Shown here piece after piece: positions 19,586 through 28,148 of a stretch of DNA of 64,000 nucleotides; position 1 is the first letter of the stretch, and each line of letters begins with the position of its first letter. A program made the position numbers and the translations under genes. Where the stretch lies: the NCBI GenBank assembly GCA_963666285.1, contig OY762711.1. One strand, 5' to 3'. Source of the DNA: Sedimentisphaerales bacterium. Lineage in GTDB: Bacteria; Planctomycetota; Phycisphaerae; Sedimentisphaerales; SM23-30. The notes beneath the pieces were generated by a model. That model was not told where the DNA came from. It did no database searches and saw nothing but the letters and a program-made list of their open reading frames with translations.

Positions 19586-20149
19586 ATGTTTTTCAAAGAA
19601 TTTCTTAGATCACCTGGCAGTATCGGTGCCATAAAACCGAGCAGCAAATACCTGGCAGCAGAAATGGTTGCCCAGGCACGCATATCAGAAGCTGATACAA
19701 TATTTGAGCTTGGTGCCGGAACCGGTCCATTTACAGAGATGATAATCAAGACAAAAAAGGAAACAGCTGCTTTTGTCGCACTTGAGATAAATGAAAACCT
19801 GGTAAAGGTACTTAAGGAGAAGTTTCCTGATGTCGATATTATCGAGGATTCAGTTGAGAATTTACGAAATATTATGGCTGATAAAGGGATCGAAAAGATA
19901 GATTCGATCGTCTGCGGGCTGCCCTGGGCGGCGTTCAGTAAAGAACTGCAGGATAAACTGTTTAATGCAATTGTTGATTCACTTCAGCCGGGCGGTCGGT
20001 TCTGCACATTTGCCTACCTTCAAGGGCTGCTGCTGCCTGCCGGGCAGAGATTCCGTAAAACACTCAAGCAGAACTTCAGCAAAGTAAGCCAATCTCGTAC
20101 AGTATGGCGTAATACCCCACCGGCATTTATCTATAATTGCGTAAAATAG
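19586..20149 (+). CDS. SAM-dependent methyltransferase (phospholipid N-methyltransferase PmtA-like)
   Basis: IGAIKPSS, ELGAGTG, GLPW, VWRNTPPA. Confidence 0.8.
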   Translation: MFFKEFLRSPGSIGAIKPSSKYLAAEMVAQARISEADTIFELGAGTGPFTEMIIKTKKETAAFVALEINENLVKVLKEKFPDVDIIEDSVENLRNIMADKGIEKIDSIVCGLPWAAFSKELQDKLFNAIVDSLQPGGRFCTFAYLQGLLLPAGQRFRKTLKQNFSKVSQSRTVWRNTPPAFIYNCVK

Positions 20150-20236
20150 CAAGGTAAATCCTTAACCAAGCTCTATTCAGTCAGTCTGGCCCAGGGTATG
20201 CAATGAAATCGAAAACATTATTTAATCTATAAACAA

Positions 20237-20875
20237 ATGGATAAGAGATTTATATTCCATAAACTTTGCATCATAAGTATTTTCAGCATTATACTTGCTT
20301 TTACCAACTTTATCTATAAAAGTGGCGCTGTTGGCGGTATAGATCCAGGATATTCAATGCAAGACGGTTATGATATATGGAATGGAGGATATGAAGTATG
20401 GGGCTGGCCAGGTTCCTTATACTTCACTGGCCACTTAAAACTAAACAATGAGATATCTGGTTGCCAAACTTTAATTTTGGTAGGACTAGACTCATTCTGG
20501 TTTAACAAAGACTGGATTATCGGTACCGCAAGAAGTAATGAACAAGGTAAAGGTTTTTTTGCAGTCAAAAAGGTGGATATTTCTAATCAAAACTTTTCAG
20601 ATTACAGTGAGGTTGAAGAATACCTTGAAAAGAAAGTATATTTTCCACTTGAGACAATCGATGATATATCAGCCATTGTCGGATTTGATGCAAATAAAAT
20701 AGTTTTATCAAAAGAAATGCCTCTTGAAAGAGGAGTTCACTACCCTTCAGTAAGGAAATTATATCTAAGAAAGTTAATTGTTATTTTTTCTTTAGGATTT
20801 TTCTCTTTAATCGGGCCACTTAATATCTTGAATTTCTTTTCTAAAGTGATTTTCAAAAACAAAAACAATAAATAG
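20237..20875 (+). CDS. Hypothetical membrane protein
   Basis: 212-aa ORF with N- and C-terminal hydrophobic helices. Confidence 0.6.
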   Translation: MDKRFIFHKLCIISIFSIILAFTNFIYKSGAVGGIDPGYSMQDGYDIWNGGYEVWGWPGSLYFTGHLKLNNEISGCQTLILVGLDSFWFNKDWIIGTARSNEQGKGFFAVKKVDISNQNFSDYSEVEEYLEKKVYFPLETIDDISAIVGFDANKIVLSKEMPLERGVHYPSVRKLYLRKLIVIFSLGFFSLIGPLNILNFFSKVIFKNKNNK

Positions 20876-20882
20876 CAATTGA

Positions 20883-22034
20883 TTACATATTTTCCAATAT
20901 CCTAGCGATATCAAATTCGGTCATAGCTGCGGTAAGAGAAAAACGCAGTCTGGCGGTGTTGAATGGCACAGTTGGCGGTCGTATAGCAAATACAAGCAGT
21001 CCAGCTTCCTGAAATTTATCAGCCATATCAAGAGCAGCCTGATTTTCACCCACAATAAGAGGTACTACCTGGCTGCTGCCTGCAGTTATCAACCCTTTAT
21101 CAATGATACCCTGTCGAAGTTTACCGGCAATTAACTGCAAATGCTCCCTACGGCTGTTCATGGTAATAATCTTTTTCAGCATAAAATATGTCCAGCTGAC
21201 GTTTATCGGAGGCAAAGCAGTAGTAAAAATAAAAGAACGGGTCTTATTGATCAGATAATCCCTGGTAACCGGGTCCATGATCGCACAAGCACCAATCGAA
21301 CATAGCGATTTACCAAAAGTACATATGATAATATCGACATCAGCCATAACGCCCTGCTGCTGGGCTATGCCACAACCGGTTTCACCAAACAGGCCGAAGG
21401 CGTGAGCTTCGTCAACAATGAGAACCGCGTTATATTTTCTTTTAAGCTGCACAATCCGTCTCAAATCGGCGATATCGCCGTCCATGCTAAAGATAGATTC
21501 GGTGATTATGAAAATATTGCGATAGCGACCGGTGTTTTTGATAAGCATATCTTCGAGATGTTCATAGTCGGCATGTCGAAACCGTTTCAACTTGGCTTCT
21601 GACAGACCAGAACCATCAATAATACTGGCATGGTTGAGTTTATCGCTCAGGATAAGGTCGCCTTTGCCGGAGATAGCGGAAAGGATACCAATATTGGCAT
21701 GATAACCGCTGTTGAATACTAAAGCCGACCTGTTGCCAAAAAGTTCAGATAAAAGAGCTTCGAGCTTATCGTACTGGCTGTGGCTACCGGTAAGAAGCCG
21801 GGAAGATGCGGCGGCCAGGCTGAATTTTGAAGAATCGGTTTTCAGATCGCTGAAGAATTCCTCCTGCAGGTCAGGGTTATTTGCCAGTCCCAGGTAATCA
21901 TTCGAGGACAGGTTCAACATTTTCCGGTCATTATAGCAGGCGTTACCATCCGGATCAGAGGTAATCGCTTTAAGGTTTCGGTATTGGCTCTTTTCTTTTA
22001 GTGCGTCAAGCTGTTTTTGCAGAAACTCTTTCAA
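20883..22034 (-). CDS. bioF: 8-amino-7-oxononanoate synthase
   Basis: SSNDYLGL, SGYHAN, NHASIIDG, FSMDGD, DEAH, TFGKS, IRPPTVP; adjacent to bioB. Confidence 0.92.
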   Translation of the reverse strand: MKEFLQKQLDALKEKSQYRNLKAITSDPDGNACYNDRKMLNLSSNDYLGLANNPDLQEEFFSDLKTDSSKFSLAAASSRLLTGSHSQYDKLEALLSELFGNRSALVFNSGYHANIGILSAISGKGDLILSDKLNHASIIDGSGLSEAKLKRFRHADYEHLEDMLIKNTGRYRNIFIITESIFSMDGDIADLRRIVQLKRKYNAVLIVDEAHAFGLFGETGCGIAQQQGVMADVDIIICTFGKSLCSIGACAIMDPVTRDYLINKTRSFIFTTALPPINVSWTYFMLKKIITMNSRREHLQLIAGKLRQGIIDKGLITAGSSQVVPLIVGENQAALDMADKFQEAGLLVFAIRPPTVPFNTARLRFSLTAAMTEFDIARILENM

Positions 22035-22093
22035 AATATCTCCGTGGCAAGTGAGGGTAAACTGTGTTTATGTCTTATACCCAAATATATCGG

Positions 22094-23056
22094 CTATTCT
22101 ATGGAATAACCTAAGTTGTTAATCATTAGTATATCAGTTTCCGGTGTCTGGCCGGAAGTCGTCAGGTAGTTGCCGGTCATAAGAGCATTAGCCCCGGCTT
22201 CAAACATTTCGCCCTGCCGGTCGCCGAGAACGGTAATACGTCCACCGCAGATACGGATAGTCCTGTCAGGAAGTATAAGGCGATAGATCGCAATGATCTT
22301 TAAGGCATCGTCCGGACTGAGCAGTTTATTATTTTCCAGCGGTGTGCCTGGATGAGGATACAGGAAATTGATCGGGACACTATCGATACCCAGCAAAGCA
22401 ATAGATAATGCCAGTTCGATACGGTCAGCCCAGCTTTCACCGAGTCCGAACAGCCCGCCGCAGCAGACTTTCATTCCTTTTGCAAGTGCCGCTTTGACGG
22501 TATCGAGTCGGTCAGACCAGCTCTGAGTTGAGCATATATCCGGGTAGAAGGCTTGCGAGGTCTCAAGGTTATGGTGCAGACGATTAACACCTGCTCCTTT
22601 GAGTTTATCGATATCGGAATCGGACAGCCTGCCAAAAGAAGCGCAAATATCAAAATGAACATTTGGCCGGACAGAATTGACAGATTCGATGAATTTATCG
22701 ATATCATCTGAGGATAATTTACCGCCGCTGGTAACTATGCCGCAGTTGTTGACATTATAGCAGTCGTTCAGTTTGAGCTCGCTGGTCAGTTTATCAGTTT
22801 CAAGAAAGGGATACACCGGGGCGTCTGCCTTGTTGTGTGCACTTTGGCTGCAGAACCTGCAATCCATATCGCAAACTCCTGATTTAGCATTGATTATGCT
22901 GCATAGTTTGATTTTTTTGGCAAAGAAATGTTCTCTAACGGCATTTGCAGCGTTTTTTAGCTCTGCTGTGGAGCAGTTTAGTACTAAATCCAGAGCAGAT
23001 TCTCTATCGCAGCCGATGCCGGAGATGGCCTCTTTCGTAATATCGTCTAATGTCAT
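22094..23056 (-). CDS. bioB: Biotin synthase (radical SAM)
   Basis: INAKSGVCDMDCRFCSQS (CxxxCxxC), HNLET, SVPINFL, GNYLTT. Confidence 0.95.
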   Translation of the reverse strand: MTLDDITKEAISGIGCDRESALDLVLNCSTAELKNAANAVREHFFAKKIKLCSIINAKSGVCDMDCRFCSQSAHNKADAPVYPFLETDKLTSELKLNDCYNVNNCGIVTSGGKLSSDDIDKFIESVNSVRPNVHFDICASFGRLSDSDIDKLKGAGVNRLHHNLETSQAFYPDICSTQSWSDRLDTVKAALAKGMKVCCGGLFGLGESWADRIELALSIALLGIDSVPINFLYPHPGTPLENNKLLSPDDALKIIAIYRLILPDRTIRICGGRITVLGDRQGEMFEAGANALMTGNYLTTSGQTPETDILMINNLGYSIE

Positions 23057-23091
23057 AGGGGGTATTTTACTGTATAAGCCCCGTCATGCAA

Positions 23092-23127
23092 TAAAAAAAG
23101 CACTCATGGAATTACCGGGAGTGCTTA
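23092..23127 (-). terminator. Probable intrinsic terminator downstream of the PEP-CTERM gene
   Basis: AAGCACTC...GAGTGCTT stem preceded by an A-run on +. Confidence 0.55.
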
Positions 23128-23250
23128 TTGTTGTTGAGCTAAACTATTTTAGACATAGTAGCGATAATCAACAACCAGGTACCAGTTTTCTGAATTAATA
23201 CAAAAGTAATCCAATAATCTCTTGAACATAAATATCTCCGTTTCAATATA

Positions 23251-23940
23251 TTAGCAAGTCTTGTTTCTTTTTCGTAATATTACCAGTGAACCGGCAGCGA
23301 CCAGTGCAAAAGTAGCAGGTTCCGGTACGGCAGTCTTTGAGCCGGGTGACATATCAGAAATTGACAGGAACTTAAACTGAGCCTCTGAAGAGGACCATGT
23401 TCGTAAACCGATCGAAGAACCGACCAGGTTCATATTGCCTGTATAGTTCATCACTTCGACACCATCCTGCAATGCGGAAAAACCGGTTGAGCTGATGGTC
23501 AAAGAAAAGGTATGATCGGTATTGTAGTCCAGATCGGAACGTACCCACTTGAGGGTTGATTCTTTATCGTTATCCCATTTGCGAAGCACAAATGCGTTGC
23601 CGGCACCCGGGTCGTACTGGAAGGCCATGCCTGACACTTTATTGGTATTATCGGCCAGTTCGGAGCCGAAGTACAGGCCCCAGCCTTTGCCGGTTAACAG
23701 GTTACCGGTAAATTCAATTGTGTAAGAATCGGAACTTATATCGATGTCAGTAAAGATACGGTTTTCGCCACTTTTACTGTTGGAAATACCGTCTGAACTG
23801 TAATCCCATTTGCCCTTTGTAATATTCCAGCTATCGGCATTTGTGCCGTCAAATGAATCCTGATAGATCAGGCCGCCAAGTGCAAACTGGGTAATAGTTA
23901 ACAACATAGCTAATAACAACAAAGATTTAGATTTGGTCAA
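23251..23940 (-). CDS. PEP-CTERM sorting-domain protein with lectin-like (ConA/DUF1080-like) domain
   Basis: Signal peptide; C-terminal VPEPATFALVAAGSLVILRKR. Confidence 0.88.
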   Translation of the reverse strand: MTKSKSLLLLAMLLTITQFALGGLIYQDSFDGTNADSWNITKGKWDYSSDGISNSKSGENRIFTDIDISSDSYTIEFTGNLLTGKGWGLYFGSELADNTNKVSGMAFQYDPGAGNAFVLRKWDNDKESTLKWVRSDLDYNTDHTFSLTISSTGFSALQDGVEVMNYTGNMNLVGSSIGLRTWSSSEAQFKFLSISDMSPGSKTAVPEPATFALVAAGSLVILRKRNKTC

Positions 23941-24485
23941 TATAAATTATCCTCTCTATTAAGAACCGTTCCTCTCACTCATATACAGGCGTATAAACGC
24001 TTAACGTTGATTAAGCATCCAATTTAAACGGGTTAAAGTCAAATATCGCAAGATGATAGCGGACAGATGAAAGGTGAAACCATCCTCATAATCGTTATAA
24101 CCGTTATTGTCAGAGCAGGCATAGCCTGGAACAGACCTTGCTTTGCTCGGCGACGAATTGAGATTGTCAATTCTAAAGGGCAAATCAGAATGATTTGCCG
24201 AGGCGTGATATAAATATTCAATTGTCAAAGAATAATTTCTTATGGTTAAGACGAGTTTTCGTCGTTGTTATGTTTTAGAGAGAGCTGATTTTTGTTGGTT
24301 CTCATTTTTTGTCGGCTCTCTACAATTGGATGGTATGTCGAAAGTGCGCTGATTTTTTTGGTGGGATGGTTGGCCCGGAAGATTGTAAGGTGTTGGGGAT
24401 AAGCGGGATAAAAAAATTGAAGATTTTAGATTTTCGCGATTTGGTGGTTGTAAAAACGCGGTGATTTTTTCTTTGAAAAAATCAA

Positions 24486-25171
24486 GTGAAGAATTGCGGT
24501 GTCGCTTCGCGACGGGTAATTGATGGGTGACGGAGGGAGTACGGCATATATACGGGGCAGCGCGGCGGGTGAACGGCGGTGAAAAGGCAAATGGATTTGA
24601 ACGGCGGTGAATTGCGGGCCGCGGACAGTATACGGCGGGACGTTGAATGGGTGCGGCGGTATACGGACGGGGGCGAAGCGGAGACGGGAAGGCAGGTAAA
24701 AAGTAAGAGGTAAGAGGTAAGAGTTGATGTGTCCGCTTCGCGGACAGCTTGTTTTAAACGGCTACGCCGAGCGACGGAAGGTCGCTGGAAAGTTGACAGG
24801 AGAGCAGCTAAAAAGCAAAGAGCTATCAGCGGTGAGTTACGCTAAGTGAAAAATGAATAATGAAAAGTTAAGGTGTCCGCTTCGCGGACGGCATATTTAA
24901 AATGGTGGTGCCGAATGTGCCGAGCTCCGCCTGAGGCGTATTTCATTCTGCCCGGCGTTTGCAGAGGTGAAGGAGGGATTAAAAAACGGAATGAAATTGA
25001 AGGGTGCGGGGATGTTATAACGAGTGCGAGGTGGGGTTAGGAAAGAGGTGCGGCGGGCAGGGAATTTTGCGGGAGTAGTTGTAAGTTGTTGTTTTTGGGT
25101 GTTGGGCGGACCAGACAGGTGCCGTGAAACGGCACCTGAAGTCTGAAGTTTGAAGTCTGAATTCTGAAAAA
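24486..25171. repeat. Cluster of short heptamer-tandem plus hairpin elements
   Basis: GTCGC-TTC-GCGAC (24501), GTCCGC-TTC-GCGGAC (24731, 24875), CAGGTGCCGT-GAA-ACGGCACCTG (25116-25138); 7-nt tandems GTAAGAG x3 and TGAAGTY-like x4. Confidence 0.8.
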
Positions 25172-25308
25172 GATGTCAACCACGAAAATACAATGAAAGC
25201 CAGAATATTCCTGTAGCATGGCTTGTGTTATAATACACAATAATTTTAGCACGAGCTGTCACAGGGACGCTCAAATATTTAACCAATTTTATACGGAGTA
25301 TTCTGGCT

Positions 25309-26355
25309 ATGAAGACTATTATGTCAATTGATTTAGGAAAATTCAAGAGTGTAGTTTGTTTTTATGAGGTAAAAAGCTGTAAGGCTATATATAAGTCGTT
25401 TAAGACTAACCCTCAAGAGCTTCATGACCTGGCAGTATCTCACCCTGCTGATCTTATTGTATTTGAGGCTTGTGATATCATAGGCTGGATTTGTGACCTT
25501 TTTGACACCCTGGAATTAAAATATGAAGTGGCAAATACTAATACCGGCGAATGGTCTGGCAGAAAATTGAAGAAGAAAACAGATAAAAAGGATGCATTTT
25601 GGCTGGCCAAGCGTGCTGCTTTAGGAGATTTATCAACTGTCTATGTTCCTAAAAAGGAAATTCGAGAGAAACGATCTTTAATTAATTATCGCCAGAGCCT
25701 TACAGAACGGATAACTCAGGTAAAAAATACTATTCGTTCTTTATTAAATGCCCAGGCGTATTCGTTGCCGTCAGGCAGAAAGTGCTGGTCTAAGCAGAAT
25801 CTGGAACAGTTAAGAAGTATGGCTATGCCAATGGATAAAGTTAAACCAGATGAGCTCTGGAAAGGCAATCTATGGAGCGAGCTTATATTACTGGAACAAT
25901 TAACAGACGCTTTGCAAGTAGTTGAAGATAAACTGGAAGAGTTAAATAGTACTGATGAAAAGGTAAAACTATTACAGACTGTTCCCGGAGTTGGCCCACG
26001 TCTGGCAGAGGCAGTTGCAGCTTATATTGATGATCCACATAGATTTAAGAATTGCAAACAAGTTGGCAGCTATATTGGTATGACACCGCGTCAGTACCAA
26101 TCAGGTAATACAGACCGTCATGGGCGGATAAGTAAATATGGCAATAGGTTATTGCGAGCATTACTTGTTGAGGTTTGCTGGCTGGGTTTGCGTTGGAATC
26201 CATGGATAAAAGAAACATACGAAAGAATAAAGAGGGGAAGTAAAACTCGTGCAAAAATAGCGATAGTAGCTACAGCCCGACGGTTGTTTGTGCGATTGTG
26301 GGCGATGATGCGAGATGGGACGAGCTGGAAGATGCCTGAATTGCAAGGTGCTTGA
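25309..26355 (+). CDS. IS110-family DEDD recombinase/transposase
   Basis: SIDLGK, FEA, KTDKKDA (DEDD); TVPGVG; YIGMTPRQYQSG (catalytic Ser); GRISKYGN; AIVATARRL. Confidence 0.95.
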   Translation: MKTIMSIDLGKFKSVVCFYEVKSCKAIYKSFKTNPQELHDLAVSHPADLIVFEACDIIGWICDLFDTLELKYEVANTNTGEWSGRKLKKKTDKKDAFWLAKRAALGDLSTVYVPKKEIREKRSLINYRQSLTERITQVKNTIRSLLNAQAYSLPSGRKCWSKQNLEQLRSMAMPMDKVKPDELWKGNLWSELILLEQLTDALQVVEDKLEELNSTDEKVKLLQTVPGVGPRLAEAVAAYIDDPHRFKNCKQVGSYIGMTPRQYQSGNTDRHGRISKYGNRLLRALLVEVCWLGLRWNPWIKETYERIKRGSKTRAKIAIVATARRLFVRLWAMMRDGTSWKMPELQGA

Positions 26356-26399
26356 TAAAAATATAAGTAGAAAAATATAAATATTACCTATGATTTTTC

Positions 26400-26700
26400 C
26401 CGATTGAAATCGATACGGAACCTTGGTCGTGCATTTGGGTTTTGAACCTGACACGAAAATTAAGCCGTATCGCAATATATATAATGGAACCATGGCGTAA
26501 AATACAGCCTCGGACACTCCGGATAGAAAGATGAAACAATCAGGTAAATAATGATTCGCTACGCGAAAATTGTTTTAAATAGGTTTATCGCATAAGGTCA
26601 AAAAGCAAAAAACGAGGCGGTGTAAAACCGCCCCGGCTTCTTGACAACTTGCAACGCTCGGGTTGCTCCTCAGCAGAGCCCTATCCTTTGCAAGATAAAG
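26400..26700 (+). ncRNA. Putative bridge/seek RNA of the IS1111-group element (ends approximate)
   Basis: Stem CGATACGG/CCGTATCG enclosing two 10-nt target-matching segments around an inner hairpin; further hairpins at 26616-26632 and 26648-26694. Confidence 0.75.
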
Positions 26701-27059
26701 GAATTATAGCAAAAATGAATAAAATTAGAAAATTAATGTTGCATTCAGGCTTCATAGAAATTCACGAAAGAACACGAAAAAAATACTGTTGTTCGCAGAA
26801 GCCGCAAAGATCGCAAAGAATATTATTTGACCATGAAGGGAATGCTTTAAATTTAAAATTAAAAATTGAGAATTAAGAATTAAAAAGAACTGAAAAATAC
26901 AAGACTGTGATAAGTGCCAATGATTATAAGGTGGCTAGCTTCAGTCTTCGCCAAAGCTATGGTTCGACAAGAGCGTACGTGATTAATAATTTTGAACCAC
27001 TGATGCACGCGGATGGACACCGATAAGAAAATGTTTAGATAACTTGACGGTAAATTTTA

Positions 27060-27116
27060 CAACCACGAAAATTCACGAAAGAACACGAAAAAAATACTGT
27101 TGCTCGCAGAGGCCGC
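27060..27116. repeat. Empty copy of the IS target repeat (CACGAAA 10-nt period element)
   Basis: CAACCACGAAAATTCACGAAAGAACACGAAAAAAATACTGTTG... equals 25177-25189 joined to 26762-26805, with 2 mismatches. Confidence 0.9.
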
Positions 27117-27119
27117 TGT

Positions 27120-27265
27120 GCGGCAAGTGAAGAACTAAAAGTGAATAGTGAAGAATTGCGGTGTCCTGCACCGTACGGTACAGGACCTTGTTTTAAACGG
27201 CTTCGCCTATCGTCCCTACAGGGTTCTTCATCTTGGAACTCCAAGAGCCAAATAGGGTTGGTTGG
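27120..27265. repeat. ~145-bp structured repeat, copy A
   Basis: Near-identical to 28149-28293; contains GTCCTGCACCG-TA-CGGTACAGGAC hairpin. Confidence 0.92.
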
Positions 27266-27287
27266 AAATGGATTAAGACAGTAAGAG

Positions 27288-27890
27288 TCAAAGATATTCA
27301 GAAATATCAAAACTGTCTTTTGAATTAGCAATTAAATGATGATTATCATTGCCTAACATAACTGCAATAATGATATCATCGATAAGAATAATTCTCATTT
27401 GATTGTCATAAATATCTAAAATTGCCCGTTCTCTTATCGTATTTAATCGATTATTATCAATATCTAATTCTTGAAGATTGTTAAAGGTACCCATTGCAAG
27501 ATTGTATAGCATCATAAAAAGAGAAAAAGTAGAAAATACCAAATCTTCATTGTGCCATTCAATTGGTTCACTACTAGTTGCAATTTGGACAATTGGGTCA
27601 TCTTCTTTAAGCCGTGCAATCTCAACACCCCATAAAACAACTCCTTGGTTTTCTTCGGCAAATACTAACCTATCATTTTCTATATACCATTCTTCAGGAG
27701 ACAATATCTTATTAAAAGACTCTGTGCATTCAAAAGTGTTTGCATATTTTCTATAAAAATCTTTAATAGATATTGGTAAATTCACATTAAGACTTTTAGA
27801 ATATTTATCAATAACCTGTGCCTTATAGCCTTCAGTTAAAGAAATTCCAACTTTATTAAGTATATGCCCGTGTTCCATTATTTTTTCCAT
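27288..27890 (-). CDS. Putative orphan immunity protein (SMI1/KNR4-like)
   Basis: LNVNLPISIKDFY...LVFAEENQGVVLWG...DDPIV pattern; AT-rich; in a toxin locus. Confidence 0.65.
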   Translation of the reverse strand: MEKIMEHGHILNKVGISLTEGYKAQVIDKYSKSLNVNLPISIKDFYRKYANTFECTESFNKILSPEEWYIENDRLVFAEENQGVVLWGVEIARLKEDDPIVQIATSSEPIEWHNEDLVFSTFSLFMMLYNLAMGTFNNLQELDIDNNRLNTIRERAILDIYDNQMRIILIDDIIIAVMLGNDNHHLIANSKDSFDISEYL

Positions 27891-28148
27891 AAGGTTATAA
27901 ACTATTGATAGATGTCTCTTGGATGAGACCAGACCTTGTCTGGACTAGACCTCGCTCCGCTCGGAGATTAATTGCAACTGTTAGATAAATGAGCCTCGCA
28001 TACTGCTCGGCAAAAAGTCTATCTGATAATAATAAAATAGAACCACAGATGAACACCGATGCACACAGATATAATAGGAAATAATAAGTTTTCAAGGCTC
28101 CAAGGAATTATTTTTATCAGGCTCCCCCCATACCCCTAATGCCGCTAA

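Larger units (their letters stand above)
25186..26761 (+). mobile_element. IS110-family (IS1111-group) insertion sequence, ~1.57 kb
   Basis: Transposase ORF; subterminal imperfect inverted repeats ATGAAAGCCAGAAT (25193-25206) / ATTCAGGCTTCAT (26743-26755); AAAT core at both ends; flanks reconstitute the empty site at 27060-27116; long 3' non-coding end. Confidence 0.92.

Noticed and set aside
20883..23056. bioB-bioF without bioA/bioD as a novel pathway
   Set aside because: Split bio operons are common; the remaining genes may lie elsewhere in the genome.
24105..24205. c-di-GMP-I riboswitch (GGCAAA...GCAAAGC on the minus strand)
   Set aside because: No GNRA-capped P1 or GACGCAAA junction in the right arrangement; kept only as an unclassified structure.
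24001..25252. Short ORFs 24001-24228, 24039-24221, 25037-25252 (also 26649-26876, 27035-27331, 28156-28350)
   Set aside because: They run through repeats or IS ends, lack recognisable motifs and are best explained as chance frames.
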